In this document: one piece after another, positions 19,678 through 28,996 of the stretch
Position numbering within the stretch: position 1 is the stretch's first letter
Layout of the letters: the number at the start of each line of letters is the position of its first letter
Source: an uncultured Bacteroidota bacterium
GTDB lineage: Bacteria; Bacteroidota; Bacteroidia; UKL13-3
DNA length: 63,382 bases
Assembly (NCBI GenBank): GCA_903834625.1
Contig: CAILJQ010000265.1
Coordinates: 1 to 63,382 of the forward strand
Direction: 5' to 3'
Notes under the pieces: generated by a model
Told to the model about the DNA's origin: nothing
Seen by the model: the letters and a program-made list of their open reading frames with translations, nothing else
Databases searched by the model: none
Made by a program: the position numbers and the translations under genes

Positions 19678-21852
19678 ATGAAGAAATCTGTTTTGGGAGC
19701 CATATTATTGGTATTGGTTTGTACGCATGGAGCCTTGGCTCAGAAAGAAATTACATTAGAAGATATTTGGACCAAAGGAACCTTTTCTGCGAGAGGGGTA
19801 GCTGGTTTTAATTCTATGAATGATGGTAGGTATTACTGTAACCTTGATGAAAAACAAAACCTATTGCGTTTTGAATATGGCAGCGGTAAATTGGTAGATA
19901 CCCTTGTGCGCATGGCCGATATCAAATTGGCCAATAATGGCAATGCCATAGAATTATATAATTTTAGTTGGAGCGATGATGAAAGCAAATTGTTGATTGC
20001 TACCCAATCTGAAAGTATTTACCGCCATAGCAGTCAGAGCATTTTTTATTTATTCGATTTAAAGTCTAGAAAACTGATACAACCCGTTCAGGATAAAGTG
20101 AGATATGCTACCTTATCTTCAGATAATAGCAAGATGGCTTTTGTGCGCGCCAACGATCTGTATTATTATGATTTTGTATCAAACGCCGAAGTTAGGGTTA
20201 CAAGAGATGGCAAAGAGAATGCCATTATTAACGCGGCAACTGATTGGGTGTATGAAGAAGAGTTTGCTATTTGGAAAGGTTTTTCTTGGAGCCCCGATGG
20301 TAAGAAATTGGCCTTCTACCGTTTTGATGAAACCAAGGTGCCAGAATATGAAATGGCCATGTATGGTTCCTTATATCCTAAACAAAGTAAATTCAAATAC
20401 CCTAAAGCAGGCGAGGTAAATTCTGTAGTTTCTATTTTGGTATACGATACCAAATCAGAACTCATTACAGAGGTTCAGACCGGAACTGAAACCGACATTT
20501 ATTTGCCACGTATGATGTGGACGAGAAACAGCAATGTATTATGTGTGCAGCGTCTGAATCGTTTGCAAAACAAATTAGAAATTTTGTTGGCCGATGCAAA
20601 CAATGGCAAAACACAAGTAATTTTAACCGAAACAAACGAGTACTATGTAGATATTACCGATAACCTTTATTTCTTACAAGATGGCAAAACATTTTTGTTA
20701 AGCAGCGAAAGAGATGGCAATAACCATGTGTATTTATTTGATTTAAAGGGCAAGTTGGTAAAACAACTTACCAAAGGAAATTGGGATGTAGATGATGTAT
20801 ATGGCGTAGATGAGAAAAGTAAAAAATTATACTTCAGTTCATCTGAAGAGAATGCTGCTGAAAGATATGTGTACAGTGTAGGTTTAAATGGCAAAGGCAA
20901 AAGCAAATTAAGTAATGGCAAAGGATGGCACAGTGCCAGTTTTAATGCCGACTTCACCTATTACCTCGATGTGTTTAGCAATATAAACACTCCTCCTGTT
21001 TACCAATTAATGAATGCCAATGGAGCAGTGGTGCGTGTATTAGAAGACAATAAATCACTACAAAAAAAATTAGCTGAATATGCCTTGCCACAAATTACTT
21101 TTACCACTATCGCAAATGAAGCAGGTGATGCCATGAACATGTACACCTTATTACCTCCTAATTTTGATAGCACCCGTAAATATCCTGTGTTGATGTATGT
21201 ATATGGCGGTCCGGGTTCACAAACAGTTTTGAACCGATGGAGTGGCGGAAACTTCTTTTGGTACCATATGTTGGCGCAAAAAGGTTATATCATTGTTTCT
21301 ATTGATGGAAGAGGCACAGGTTTTAAGGGTGAAAAGTTTAAAAAATGCACCTACCTTAATTTGGGTAAATATGAAATAGAAGACCAAATTTTTGCAGCAC
21401 GTAAATTGGCAAGCCTACCTTATGTAGATGCCAGCAGAATGGGTATTTGGGGTTGGAGCTTTGGAGGATACATGGCCGGTCTTGGGATAAGCAAAGGAAA
21501 TGATGTATTTAAAGCAGCCATTTCTGTAGCACCTGTAACAAATTGGCGTTATTACGACAATATTTATACCGAGCGTTTTATGCGCACACCACAAGAAAAT
21601 GGAAAGAACTACGACGACAATTCACCGATGAATCATGTAGATAAGATTAAAGGAAACTACCTTATCATTCACGGCACCGCCGATGACAATGTGCATTTCC
21701 AAAATGCAGTAGAGATGGTTGATAAGATGATTCAAAAAGGCGTAAAATTCGATTCAGAATTTTATCCAAACAAAAACCATGGCATTGGTGGCTCAAAAAC
21801 GCGCTTGCATTTATATGAGCGCATGACACGCTTTATCTTGGAAAAGTTATAA
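19678..21852 (+). CDS. S9B dipeptidyl-peptidase IV
   Basis: 724 aa with a signal peptide, an N-terminal beta-propeller region and a C-terminal alpha/beta hydrolase with the nucleophile elbow GWSFGGYM. It also has HGTADDNVH and NHGI, consistent with a Ser-Asp-His triad. Confidence 0.9.
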   Translation: MKKSVLGAILLVLVCTHGALAQKEITLEDIWTKGTFSARGVAGFNSMNDGRYYCNLDEKQNLLRFEYGSGKLVDTLVRMADIKLANNGNAIELYNFSWSDDESKLLIATQSESIYRHSSQSIFYLFDLKSRKLIQPVQDKVRYATLSSDNSKMAFVRANDLYYYDFVSNAEVRVTRDGKENAIINAATDWVYEEEFAIWKGFSWSPDGKKLAFYRFDETKVPEYEMAMYGSLYPKQSKFKYPKAGEVNSVVSILVYDTKSELITEVQTGTETDIYLPRMMWTRNSNVLCVQRLNRLQNKLEILLADANNGKTQVILTETNEYYVDITDNLYFLQDGKTFLLSSERDGNNHVYLFDLKGKLVKQLTKGNWDVDDVYGVDEKSKKLYFSSSEENAAERYVYSVGLNGKGKSKLSNGKGWHSASFNADFTYYLDVFSNINTPPVYQLMNANGAVVRVLEDNKSLQKKLAEYALPQITFTTIANEAGDAMNMYTLLPPNFDSTRKYPVLMYVYGGPGSQTVLNRWSGGNFFWYHMLAQKGYIIVSIDGRGTGFKGEKFKKCTYLNLGKYEIEDQIFAARKLASLPYVDASRMGIWGWSFGGYMAGLGISKGNDVFKAAISVAPVTNWRYYDNIYTERFMRTPQENGKNYDDNSPMNHVDKIKGNYLIIHGTADDNVHFQNAVEMVDKMIQKGVKFDSEFYPNKNHGIGGSKTRLHLYERMTRFILEKL
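20472..20481 (+). repeat. iterated motif copy GGTTCAGACC
   Basis: Inside the DPP-IV gene, encoding EVQTG. Confidence 0.9.
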
Positions 21853-21854
21853 GC

Positions 21855-22583
21855 TTAACCGCCGAATACTTTTTTAAGAATATCATTTACCCGGTGTAAA
21901 GGATCGGTTCTAATTTTCTTTTCCTCTTGAGCCATTTTCACAAACAAGCCATCCAAAGCTTTGCGTGTTACATGCTCACTTAATGAGTTTGTTTTAATTT
22001 CTGGAAACAGCAATCCTCCTAATGAGGCGGTATTGTAGGCATTCAATAATTTGGAATAAGATTCTTCTGCACTGGTGTTTAAGAAAAGGGGTTTAGACAA
22101 AGACGTTTTTATTTTGGGAGAAAAAGCATTTAACAATGGGGTATAGGTTTTGCCATTGAGGTATACCGTAGCAGCAGAATCGCCGCCGTTTAAAATGGTA
22201 AAACCATCGGTAATGGTGATTCCGGTAATGGCAGAAACAAAGATAGAATCGGCTTCTGGGGCAGCATCTTCTGCCGCTCTGTTGATAGATTGAATAGCAT
22301 TTTCTAATAAAAGATTGCCACCGGGAATGCTATTAATAACACCATATATGGGTTGTGCTTCTTCTGGCAATAATATTTTTACCAGCTCGTCTTTGTAATA
22401 CCCATCTAATTGAGAAAGCTTGTATACAGAAGTATCACTGCCAATTTCAAGAGCAGTTTTTAAACCTTGTATCACTTCTTCATTGGTAAGTCCAGTAGAC
22501 AAAAGAATTTTTTCTGCCTCTTCACATGAACTCAAAGAGAAGGTACATAAGATGGCAGCAGTTAGTTTCAAAAGTTTTTTCAT
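21855..22583 (-). CDS. DUF4197-like lipoprotein
   Basis: 242 aa with the lipobox LSSC. The family assignment is from memory of the fold-family sequence style. Convergent with DPP-IV. Confidence 0.6.
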   Translation of the reverse strand: MKKLLKLTAAILCTFSLSSCEEAEKILLSTGLTNEEVIQGLKTALEIGSDTSVYKLSQLDGYYKDELVKILLPEEAQPIYGVINSIPGGNLLLENAIQSINRAAEDAAPEADSIFVSAITGITITDGFTILNGGDSAATVYLNGKTYTPLLNAFSPKIKTSLSKPLFLNTSAEESYSKLLNAYNTASLGGLLFPEIKTNSLSEHVTRKALDGLFVKMAQEEKKIRTDPLHRVNDILKKVFGG

Positions 22584-22698
22584 AGGGAGTGCTCGGGTTC
22601 GGTTGGTTCAAAAATAAGATTTTCAGTTACTATGCAAGTGATGCCTCTGTAATTTTGCATTAACCTCAGTGCTTGAAGGTATTTGAATGGTTTTTATT

Positions 22699-22708
22699 GG
22701 TTCGAACC
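22699..22708. repeat. iterated motif copy GGTTCGAACC (perfect palindrome)
   Basis: The only intergenic copy. Context TTATTGGTTCGAACCGAACCC. Confidence 0.9.
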
Positions 22709-22775
22709 GAACCCAAAAAGGGCGTTTGCAAAAGTGAGAACTTAATGTATATTGCACATTCAACAATTGACTATT

Positions 22776-24470
22776 ATGAGCCAAACAGCAGCTAAATCAG
22801 CCCATCCTAAAGGACTGTGGGTATTATTCGGTACTGAAATGTGGGAGCGATTCAACTTTTATGGAATGCGTGCCATTCTCACACTTTTCATGGTAAACTC
22901 CTTAATGATGAAAGAAGAAGATGCTTCTCTTACTTACGGAGCATTTCTTGGATTATGTTATTTAACCCCTATGTTAGGTGGCTTTATTGCCGACAGGTTT
23001 TTGGGTAACAGAAATTGTATTCTCATTGGTGGATTGATGATGGCAGTTGGTCAGTTTATGTTATTTGCCAGTGCAAGTGTGTTTGGTACCAATTTGCCAT
23101 TGGCCAATACCCTTATGTGGACGGCATTAGGTATTATCATTTTTGGAAATGGATTCTTTAAGCCAAACATTTCAAGTATGGTGGGAAGCTTGTATCCGAA
23201 ACAAGAAAAAAATAAGTTAGATACCGCCTTCACCATCTTTTATATGGGTATCAATTTAGGTGCCTTTTTGGGTCAAACCATTTGTCCGTTTTTAGGAGAT
23301 GTAAAAGATGCTGGTGGCATACGCGATATACATGCTTTTAAATGGGGATTCCTAGCTGCTTCAACTGCTATGATTTTGGGAACAGCGGTATTTTATTTTC
23401 TTAAAAACAAATATGTGGTATCACCAGATGGTAAACCATTGGGTGGATTGCCTTCAAAACATGAGTCGTCTGATTATGAAGAAGGCGAATCTCAAAAAGC
23501 TGTGTTCTCTACAACTGCCTTAATTGGCGCTGGTATTGCCTTTATTGCCCTATTCTTTTTATTCCGTTATATGTTAGACGGACATAATATTGTAAAGACC
23601 GTTATCTATCCTATTATTTATGCAAGTGGTATCACCTTAGCGGGTTTAATTATATCTGATAGCTCTTTAACTAAGGTTGAAAAAGACCGTATTTATGTAA
23701 TTTACATTGTAGCCTTTTTCATCATTTTCTTCTGGGCAGCCTTTGAGCAAGCCGGTTCATCACTCACCTTTATTGCAGATAACCAAACAGACAGAACCTT
23801 CTTATTTGGTTGGCAAATGCCGGCCTCTATGATTCAAGTATTCAATGGAATATTTGTATTTGCCTTTGCTTTACCTTTTAGTATTCTTTGGGATAAATTA
23901 CGTGCTTCTGGAAAAGAGCCTATTTCTCCAGTAAAACAAGCCATTGGTTTGGCCCTTATTGCCTTGAGTTATTTCATTATTGCTCACAATGTAAAAGATT
24001 TAGGTAATAGCGGTTTGTTAGGCATTAAATGGTTAATCTTATTATACCTCATCCAAACATTTGCAGAATTATGCTTGTCGCCAATTGGTTTATCATTGGT
24101 AGGAAAATTATCTCCTAAGCGTTTTGCTTCGTTGCTATTTGGTGTGTTCTTTTTATCAAACGCTGCGGGTTATGCATTAGCAGGAACTTTGGGTTCTATC
24201 TTACCTGCCACGGGTGATAAGTTTTTAAAAGCACAAGGTATGGGCATTGATTTGCAAGCCATTTTAGATAAGAAAATTACCCCAACAGCAGAACAACTTC
24301 AATTGTTGGCCGATAACCAAATTAGCGATCACAATCCTGTTTTTGCAGGATTTGAAATACACAACTTATATGAATTCTTCATGGTGTTTGTGGTATTAAC
24401 AGGTATTGCAGCTATTATTTTATTTGCCTTAAATCCAATCCTTAAAAAATTGATGCACGGTATCAAATAA
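22776..24470 (+). CDS. POT/PTR2 family proton-dependent oligopeptide transporter
   Basis: PTR2 signatures GGFIADRFLGNR and FYMGINLGAF. The start is taken at the ATG (MSQTAAK) and not the ORF-track TTG at 22752. Confidence 0.85.
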   Translation: MSQTAAKSAHPKGLWVLFGTEMWERFNFYGMRAILTLFMVNSLMMKEEDASLTYGAFLGLCYLTPMLGGFIADRFLGNRNCILIGGLMMAVGQFMLFASASVFGTNLPLANTLMWTALGIIIFGNGFFKPNISSMVGSLYPKQEKNKLDTAFTIFYMGINLGAFLGQTICPFLGDVKDAGGIRDIHAFKWGFLAASTAMILGTAVFYFLKNKYVVSPDGKPLGGLPSKHESSDYEEGESQKAVFSTTALIGAGIAFIALFFLFRYMLDGHNIVKTVIYPIIYASGITLAGLIISDSSLTKVEKDRIYVIYIVAFFIIFFWAAFEQAGSSLTFIADNQTDRTFLFGWQMPASMIQVFNGIFVFAFALPFSILWDKLRASGKEPISPVKQAIGLALIALSYFIIAHNVKDLGNSGLLGIKWLILLYLIQTFAELCLSPIGLSLVGKLSPKRFASLLFGVFFLSNAAGYALAGTLGSILPATGDKFLKAQGMGIDLQAILDKKITPTAEQLQLLADNQISDHNPVFAGFEIHNLYEFFMVFVVLTGIAAIILFALNPILKKLMHGIK

Positions 24471-24471
24471 A

Positions 24472-25980
24472 ATGGCAAAACTAACCATCAACGAAATACA
24501 AAATTTTAAAGGCAAGTACCCCAAGCAATTGTGGTACTTGTTTTTTAGTGAGATGTGGGAGCGCTTCAGTTTTTATGGAATGCGCGGCATGCTCATTGTT
24601 TTTATGGTGGGCAACCTTCACATGAATTCTGAGGTAGCCAACCTACAATATGGCGCCACTCAAGCTTTTGTGTATGCCTTCACTTTTATTGGTGGCATGT
24701 TTGCCGATAAAATTTTAGGCTATAGAAAATCGCTCTTTTGGGGTGGTTTGTTGATGATAGTAGGTAGCATCATTTTAGCCCTCGATCCTGAAAAATTCTT
24801 CTTTACAGGGATAGGTTTTACCATTATTGGTACAGGCTTTTTTAAGCCAAATATTTCAACCATTGTGGGCAAGCTATACCGCGAAGACGATGACCGCAGA
24901 GATGCAGGTTTCTCTTTGTTTTATGCCGGTGTGAACCTAGGTGCATTTATTGGAGGCTATTTATGTATAGCTGTTGCCAATGGTAACTTGTTTGCAGATT
25001 CCATTCCTGTTGATTTGCGATGGAACTTTGCCTTTGGTTTTGCCTCGGTAGTAATGATTATTAGTTTACTCACCTTTGTGCAAACCCAAAAAAGTTTGGG
25101 AGAGATAGGAGAGTCGCCACTTCAACATATAGAGAAGTCGAAGAAAACTTTGTATGAAGTAGCTACGTATGTGATTTCTATTGCCGTGATACCGTTAGTT
25201 ATTTTAATGGTTTCCAATTCGCAGTACACAGATATTTTTATGTATATCATTGGTCCATTTTCATTGGTATACCTGCTATTTGAAATGCGTAATTTCTCTG
25301 CCGCAGAAAATAAAAAATTGATGGCCGCCTTGGTATTCATTTTATTTTCCATTGTTTTCTGGGCCTTTTTTGAACAAAGCGGAGGCTCTTTGAGTTTGTT
25401 TGCAGCCAATAATTTAGAAAATACCTTATTGGGTGTAGAGCTCGATCCAAACGGCGTTAACAACTCAGCCAATTCTTTATTCGTAATCATCTTTGCTGCT
25501 TTGGTGGGTATGCTTTGGTTATTTATGGCCAAGCGTAAGGTTGAACCAAATACCGTGGTGAAATTTGGTTTAGGTTTTTTGTTTTTAGCTGGAGGTTTTT
25601 ATGTGTTTTACCAAACCCGTTTTTTCGCAGATGAAAACGGAATAACCTCACTCGACTTATTTACCTTTGGATGGTTTGTGATAACCTTTGGCGAGTTATG
25701 TTTGTCGCCCATAGGTATGTCTATTATGACCAAATTATCGCCCCATAAATTACAAGCAGTAATGATGGGTATGTGGTTTTTGGCCAGTGCTTACGGACAA
25801 TATTTCGCAGGTATTTTAGGCGCAAACATTGCCAGTGCCTCTGAGGATGCAAACAACATGGATAAACTAATTATTTATGCTGAAGGGTACAAGCAATTAG
25901 CGATATATGCCTTAATTGCCGGTATTGTTTTAATTGCCATTTCACCCATGGTAAAAAAGCTCATGCAAGAGGTAAAATAG
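24472..25980 (+). CDS. POT/PTR2 family oligopeptide transporter (second paralogue)
   Basis: 502 aa with GGMFADKILGYR and FYAGVNLGAF. It begins 1 nt after the stop of the first transporter. Confidence 0.85.
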   Translation: MAKLTINEIQNFKGKYPKQLWYLFFSEMWERFSFYGMRGMLIVFMVGNLHMNSEVANLQYGATQAFVYAFTFIGGMFADKILGYRKSLFWGGLLMIVGSIILALDPEKFFFTGIGFTIIGTGFFKPNISTIVGKLYREDDDRRDAGFSLFYAGVNLGAFIGGYLCIAVANGNLFADSIPVDLRWNFAFGFASVVMIISLLTFVQTQKSLGEIGESPLQHIEKSKKTLYEVATYVISIAVIPLVILMVSNSQYTDIFMYIIGPFSLVYLLFEMRNFSAAENKKLMAALVFILFSIVFWAFFEQSGGSLSLFAANNLENTLLGVELDPNGVNNSANSLFVIIFAALVGMLWLFMAKRKVEPNTVVKFGLGFLFLAGGFYVFYQTRFFADENGITSLDLFTFGWFVITFGELCLSPIGMSIMTKLSPHKLQAVMMGMWFLASAYGQYFAGILGANIASASEDANNMDKLIIYAEGYKQLAIYALIAGIVLIAISPMVKKLMQEVK

Positions 25981-25987
25981 TATTCCC

Positions 25988-26353
25988 TTATGCCTTTAAT
26001 GCATTTTCAAGAGCTTCTCTTACTTGCTGACTGGTAAATGGCTTTGAAATAAAACCATAACCACCCGCTTTAGCAACCCTACTAAAGGTAGCACCATCTT
26101 TATGGTTTCCTGAAGTGAAAATTACCTTTGAATGACCATCTAAGAGGGCAGAAGTATCTATACCATCTAATTTACCCTCAAGACCAATATCCATTAAAAT
26201 AATTTCATAATTCAAAAGCTTGGCAGCTGCAATGGCGTCCATTCCGTTTGTAACATGAGAGAAGTTGGCGTAACCTAAATTTTCAAGAATTTTTTTCAAT
26301 GATTCGAAACTCATTGAATCGTCTTCAACAACTAAAATGGAAGTATTTTTCAT
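25988..26353 (-). CDS. stand-alone response regulator receiver (CheY-like)
   Basis: 121 aa with the ILVVEDD acidic pocket, the phospho-acceptor context ILMDIGL, and a conserved K in ISKPF. No output domain. Confidence 0.8.
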   Translation of the reverse strand: MKNTSILVVEDDSMSFESLKKILENLGYANFSHVTNGMDAIAAAKLLNYEIILMDIGLEGKLDGIDTSALLDGHSKVIFTSGNHKDGATFSRVAKAGGYGFISKPFTSQQVREALENALKA

Positions 26354-26509
26354 GGGTAGGTAAATGAACTAGTGCGGTCAAATATCTGATTTATTTTTGA
26401 AATTTATTTCTTAATTTTTATAGTTTTTCCAACCCAAGCAAAAATCAATTACTTCTTTTGTTTTCTTTGGCGCTGCCCCCTACATTTGTTCTCTACAAAA
26501 AACACTACC

Positions 26510-27163
26510 ATGCTCGATAAATTTGGAATAGCCAAGCGCATTGCACAAGAACTGAAAGACGGTTACTACGTAAACCTAGGAATAGGAATACCTACCTTGG
26601 TGGCCAATTATGTGCCTGAAGGAATAGAGGTTATTTTGCAATCAGAAAATGGTTTATTAGGTATTGGTCCATTTCCCTTTGCCGAGGAAGTAGATGCAGA
26701 TTTAATCAACGCAGGTAAACAAACCGTTACCACCACCAAAGGTTCTAGTTTTTTTGATTCTGCCATGAGCTTTGGTATGATTAGAAGTGGTAGGGTAGAC
26801 CTTACGGTTTTAGGTGCCATGGAAGTAGCAGATAATGGCGATATTGCCAATTGGAAGATTCCTGGAAAAATGGTGAAAGGCATGGGAGGCGCAATGGATT
26901 TAGTGGCTTCTGCCAAAAATATCATTGTGGCCATGCAACATGTAAACAAGGCTGGCGAATCTAAATTGTTAAGCAAATGCACCTTGCCAATTACAGGTTT
27001 GGGTTGTGTTAAAAAAGTGGTAACCGAATTAGGTGTTTTTGATATCACACACGAAGGTTTTGTTTTGCTTGAAAGAGCTCCAGGTGTTAGTGTAGCATAC
27101 ATTCAAGAAAAAACCTTAGGTAGGTTGGTGGTACGTGGTGAAATACCCGAAATGGTATTGTAA
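26510..27163 (+). CDS. 3-oxoacid CoA-transferase subunit B
   Basis: Catalytic-Glu motif QSENGLLGIGP and the typical N-terminal IAKRIAQELKDGYYVNLGIGIP. The start is taken at the ATG (MLDKFG). Confidence 0.85.
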   Translation: MLDKFGIAKRIAQELKDGYYVNLGIGIPTLVANYVPEGIEVILQSENGLLGIGPFPFAEEVDADLINAGKQTVTTTKGSSFFDSAMSFGMIRSGRVDLTVLGAMEVADNGDIANWKIPGKMVKGMGGAMDLVASAKNIIVAMQHVNKAGESKLLSKCTLPITGLGCVKKVVTELGVFDITHEGFVLLERAPGVSVAYIQEKTLGRLVVRGEIPEMVL

Positions 27164-27177
27164 TTTTTGAGCCACAG

Positions 27178-27399
27178 GTGGAATATTCTCCGCAAGAAAT
27201 ATTGTTAGGTATAGTGCAAACGCGCATGCCTTATGGCAAATACAAGGGAACCTTGTTAATGCATATCCCTGTTCATTACCTCGAATGGATTCAGCGCAAT
27301 GGCTTTCCTAAAGGTAAATTGGGTCAGCAATTAGAAACCCTTTATGAAATAAGACTGAATGGATTAGAACACTTGCTTGAGCCGCTCAAAAAAATGTAA
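27178..27399 (+). CDS. DUF3820-like small protein
   Basis: 73 aa containing MPYGKYKGTLL...PVHYLEWI. GTG start (alternative ATG at 27226). The stop overlaps the next ATG (ATGTAATG). Confidence 0.5.
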   Translation: MEYSPQEILLGIVQTRMPYGKYKGTLLMHIPVHYLEWIQRNGFPKGKLGQQLETLYEIRLNGLEHLLEPLKKM

Positions 27400-27977
27400 T
27401 GCCAGAGGAGTTTTTACATTATAAATTATACAAGCCTTACGGGGTAATGAGTCAGGTGAATTTGAAAGGCTATGGCAACAAAAAAGGCTTGTCTGTATTG
27501 TATGCTTTCCCTGATGGTGTGCATCCCATTGGGAGGTTAGACGAAGACAGTGAAGGACTCCTTTTAATGAGTTCCAACCCCAAATTTATGGCCTACGTGA
27601 ATGGGGCCAAATTTGAAAAAGAATACTACGTTCAACTCGATGGAGATATTACCCCAGATGCCATTCTTCAAATGGAAAATGGCTTGGAATTAATCATCAA
27701 TAAAGAATTGGTTCGAACCAAACCTTGTAGAGTTATTAAACTGGAAACAGAGCCTCCCTTTCAAGCCCGTATTCCTGCTCCCCGCGCTGGACTTCACAGA
27801 CCTTATTCCTGGATTAGTATAACCATAAGAGAAGGCAAACATAGGCAGGTAAGAAAAATGACTGCTGCAGTGGGGTTTCCTACTTTAAGATTGGTAAGAG
27901 TTCGTATAGGAAATATTCACCTCAACTCCCTACAAGTTGGTGAAGTGCAAGCTTTGCCTAGCGTGGTTCCTATTTAA
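27399..27977 (+). CDS. RsuA/RluE-type pseudouridine synthase
   Basis: 192 aa with the catalytic motif GRLDEDSEGLLLMS and C-terminal GKHRQVRKM. Confidence 0.8.
   Translation: MPEEFLHYKLYKPYGVMSQVNLKGYGNKKGLSVLYAFPDGVHPIGRLDEDSEGLLLMSSNPKFMAYVNGAKFEKEYYVQLDGDITPDAILQMENGLELIINKELVRTKPCRVIKLETEPPFQARIPAPRAGLHRPYSWISITIREGKHRQVRKMTAAVGFPTLRLVRVRIGNIHLNSLQVGEVQALPSVVPI
27710..27719. repeat. iterated motif copy GGTTCGAACC (perfect palindrome)
   Basis: Inside the pseudouridine synthase gene, encoding LVRTK. Confidence 0.9.
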
Positions 27978-28990
27978 GCTTTAGGAAGTTTATTATCCAT
28001 TACCTTAAACCATATGGGTGGCACTGCTGCCAACAAAAACATACCTGCATAACCACTGGGCATTTTTGGACTGTTTTCATAAGTCTCTAGCGTATGGTAT
28101 GGCTTGGAGGCATAATAATGATGGTCTGCATGTCGGCTCAAATCTACCAAAACAAACCTACTCACAAATTGGTCGCTTTCCCAAGAATGTTCCTCTGTAA
28201 CCCTCGATTTTTCTGGTCTGTTAAGTCCGTAGTGCTGCACATAATTTACATATTCTAACAAGAAATTGGCCACAATGCAATGCACAAACCAAATAGCAAG
28301 TGCCACCCCTCCAAACAAGAAATAAACCCCCGTGTCGAACAAGGCATGTAATATCAATTGGCGGTACACATAATGGTTCAAACCGATATTGGTTTTGCCT
28401 TCCTTTTTTAAGCGTTCATTTTCTAATTGTATGGCACCTAAAAACTGACCCAATGAGGAGCGTAGGAAAAAGCCATATAGCGTTTCTCCTTTGCGTGCAG
28501 TGGCATGGTCTTTTTGGGTTCCAACCCATTTATGATGCACCCTTAAGTGATCTACAAAGAAATACATATTACCCGCTGTAAATAGTAACCATCTACCCAA
28601 GAAATTTTCAAGAGGATTTTTGCGGTGAATAAATTCATGTGATACCACAATGGCCGAAGAACCTGTGTTTATGCCAGTGCTTAATGCAGCGGCAAAAATC
28701 CAATGGTCTGCAATAACGCCTGTTGAAATGCCATACAATAAACTACCTGCACTTAATACTTGAAAAGGAATATGTAAAAACAAAACCAATTGGGGTATCC
28801 AATCACCTTTTTCTGTATGAAGTGGTGAACTTACAGGTTTACTTACCCATTCTAATACAGCCAAAAAGCCCAATGAATAAAGGGTGTTTGCTAAAGTAAA
28901 CCAAGAGCCAAGGGTATTTCCAATAAGGCAAAATACCGCTGGTGTAAGACTCATTAAATATAATAAATTTCTATGCTTTGCTTGTAACAT
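27974..28990 (-). CDS. AlkB-like membrane di-iron hydroxylase / fatty-acid desaturase family
   Basis: 338 aa with the His boxes HEFIHR, HLRVHHKW and SRHADHHYY, in the order and spacing of alkane 1-monooxygenases. Confidence 0.75.
   Translation of the reverse strand: MLQAKHRNLLYLMSLTPAVFCLIGNTLGSWFTLANTLYSLGFLAVLEWVSKPVSSPLHTEKGDWIPQLVLFLHIPFQVLSAGSLLYGISTGVIADHWIFAAALSTGINTGSSAIVVSHEFIHRKNPLENFLGRWLLFTAGNMYFFVDHLRVHHKWVGTQKDHATARKGETLYGFFLRSSLGQFLGAIQLENERLKKEGKTNIGLNHYVYRQLILHALFDTGVYFLFGGVALAIWFVHCIVANFLLEYVNYVQHYGLNRPEKSRVTEEHSWESDQFVSRFVLVDLSRHADHHYYASKPYHTLETYENSPKMPSGYAGMFLLAAVPPIWFKVMDNKLPKA
28375..28384 (+). repeat. iterated motif copy GGTTCAAACC
   Basis: Context ATGGTTCAAACCGATA. 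Antisense within the AlkB-like gene. Confidence 0.9.
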
Positions 28991-28996
28991 AAACTA

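Noticed and set aside
22699-22708. Resemblance of GGTTCGAACC to the tRNA T-arm (GGTTCGAATCC), considered as hidden tRNA or tRNA-derived elements
   Set aside because: None of the copies is embedded in a cloverleaf-compatible context (no acceptor or anticodon stems). Fifteen of 16 lie inside well-supported CDSs.
26608-27102. 164-aa ORF antisense to the CoA-transferase B gene. Similar antisense ORFs lie at 25122-25532, 47267-47716, 2165-2602, 46015-46386 and elsewhere.
   Set aside because: Each is fully embedded opposite a CDS with strong family motifs, and the translations are low-complexity with no recognisable domains. They are shadow ORFs.
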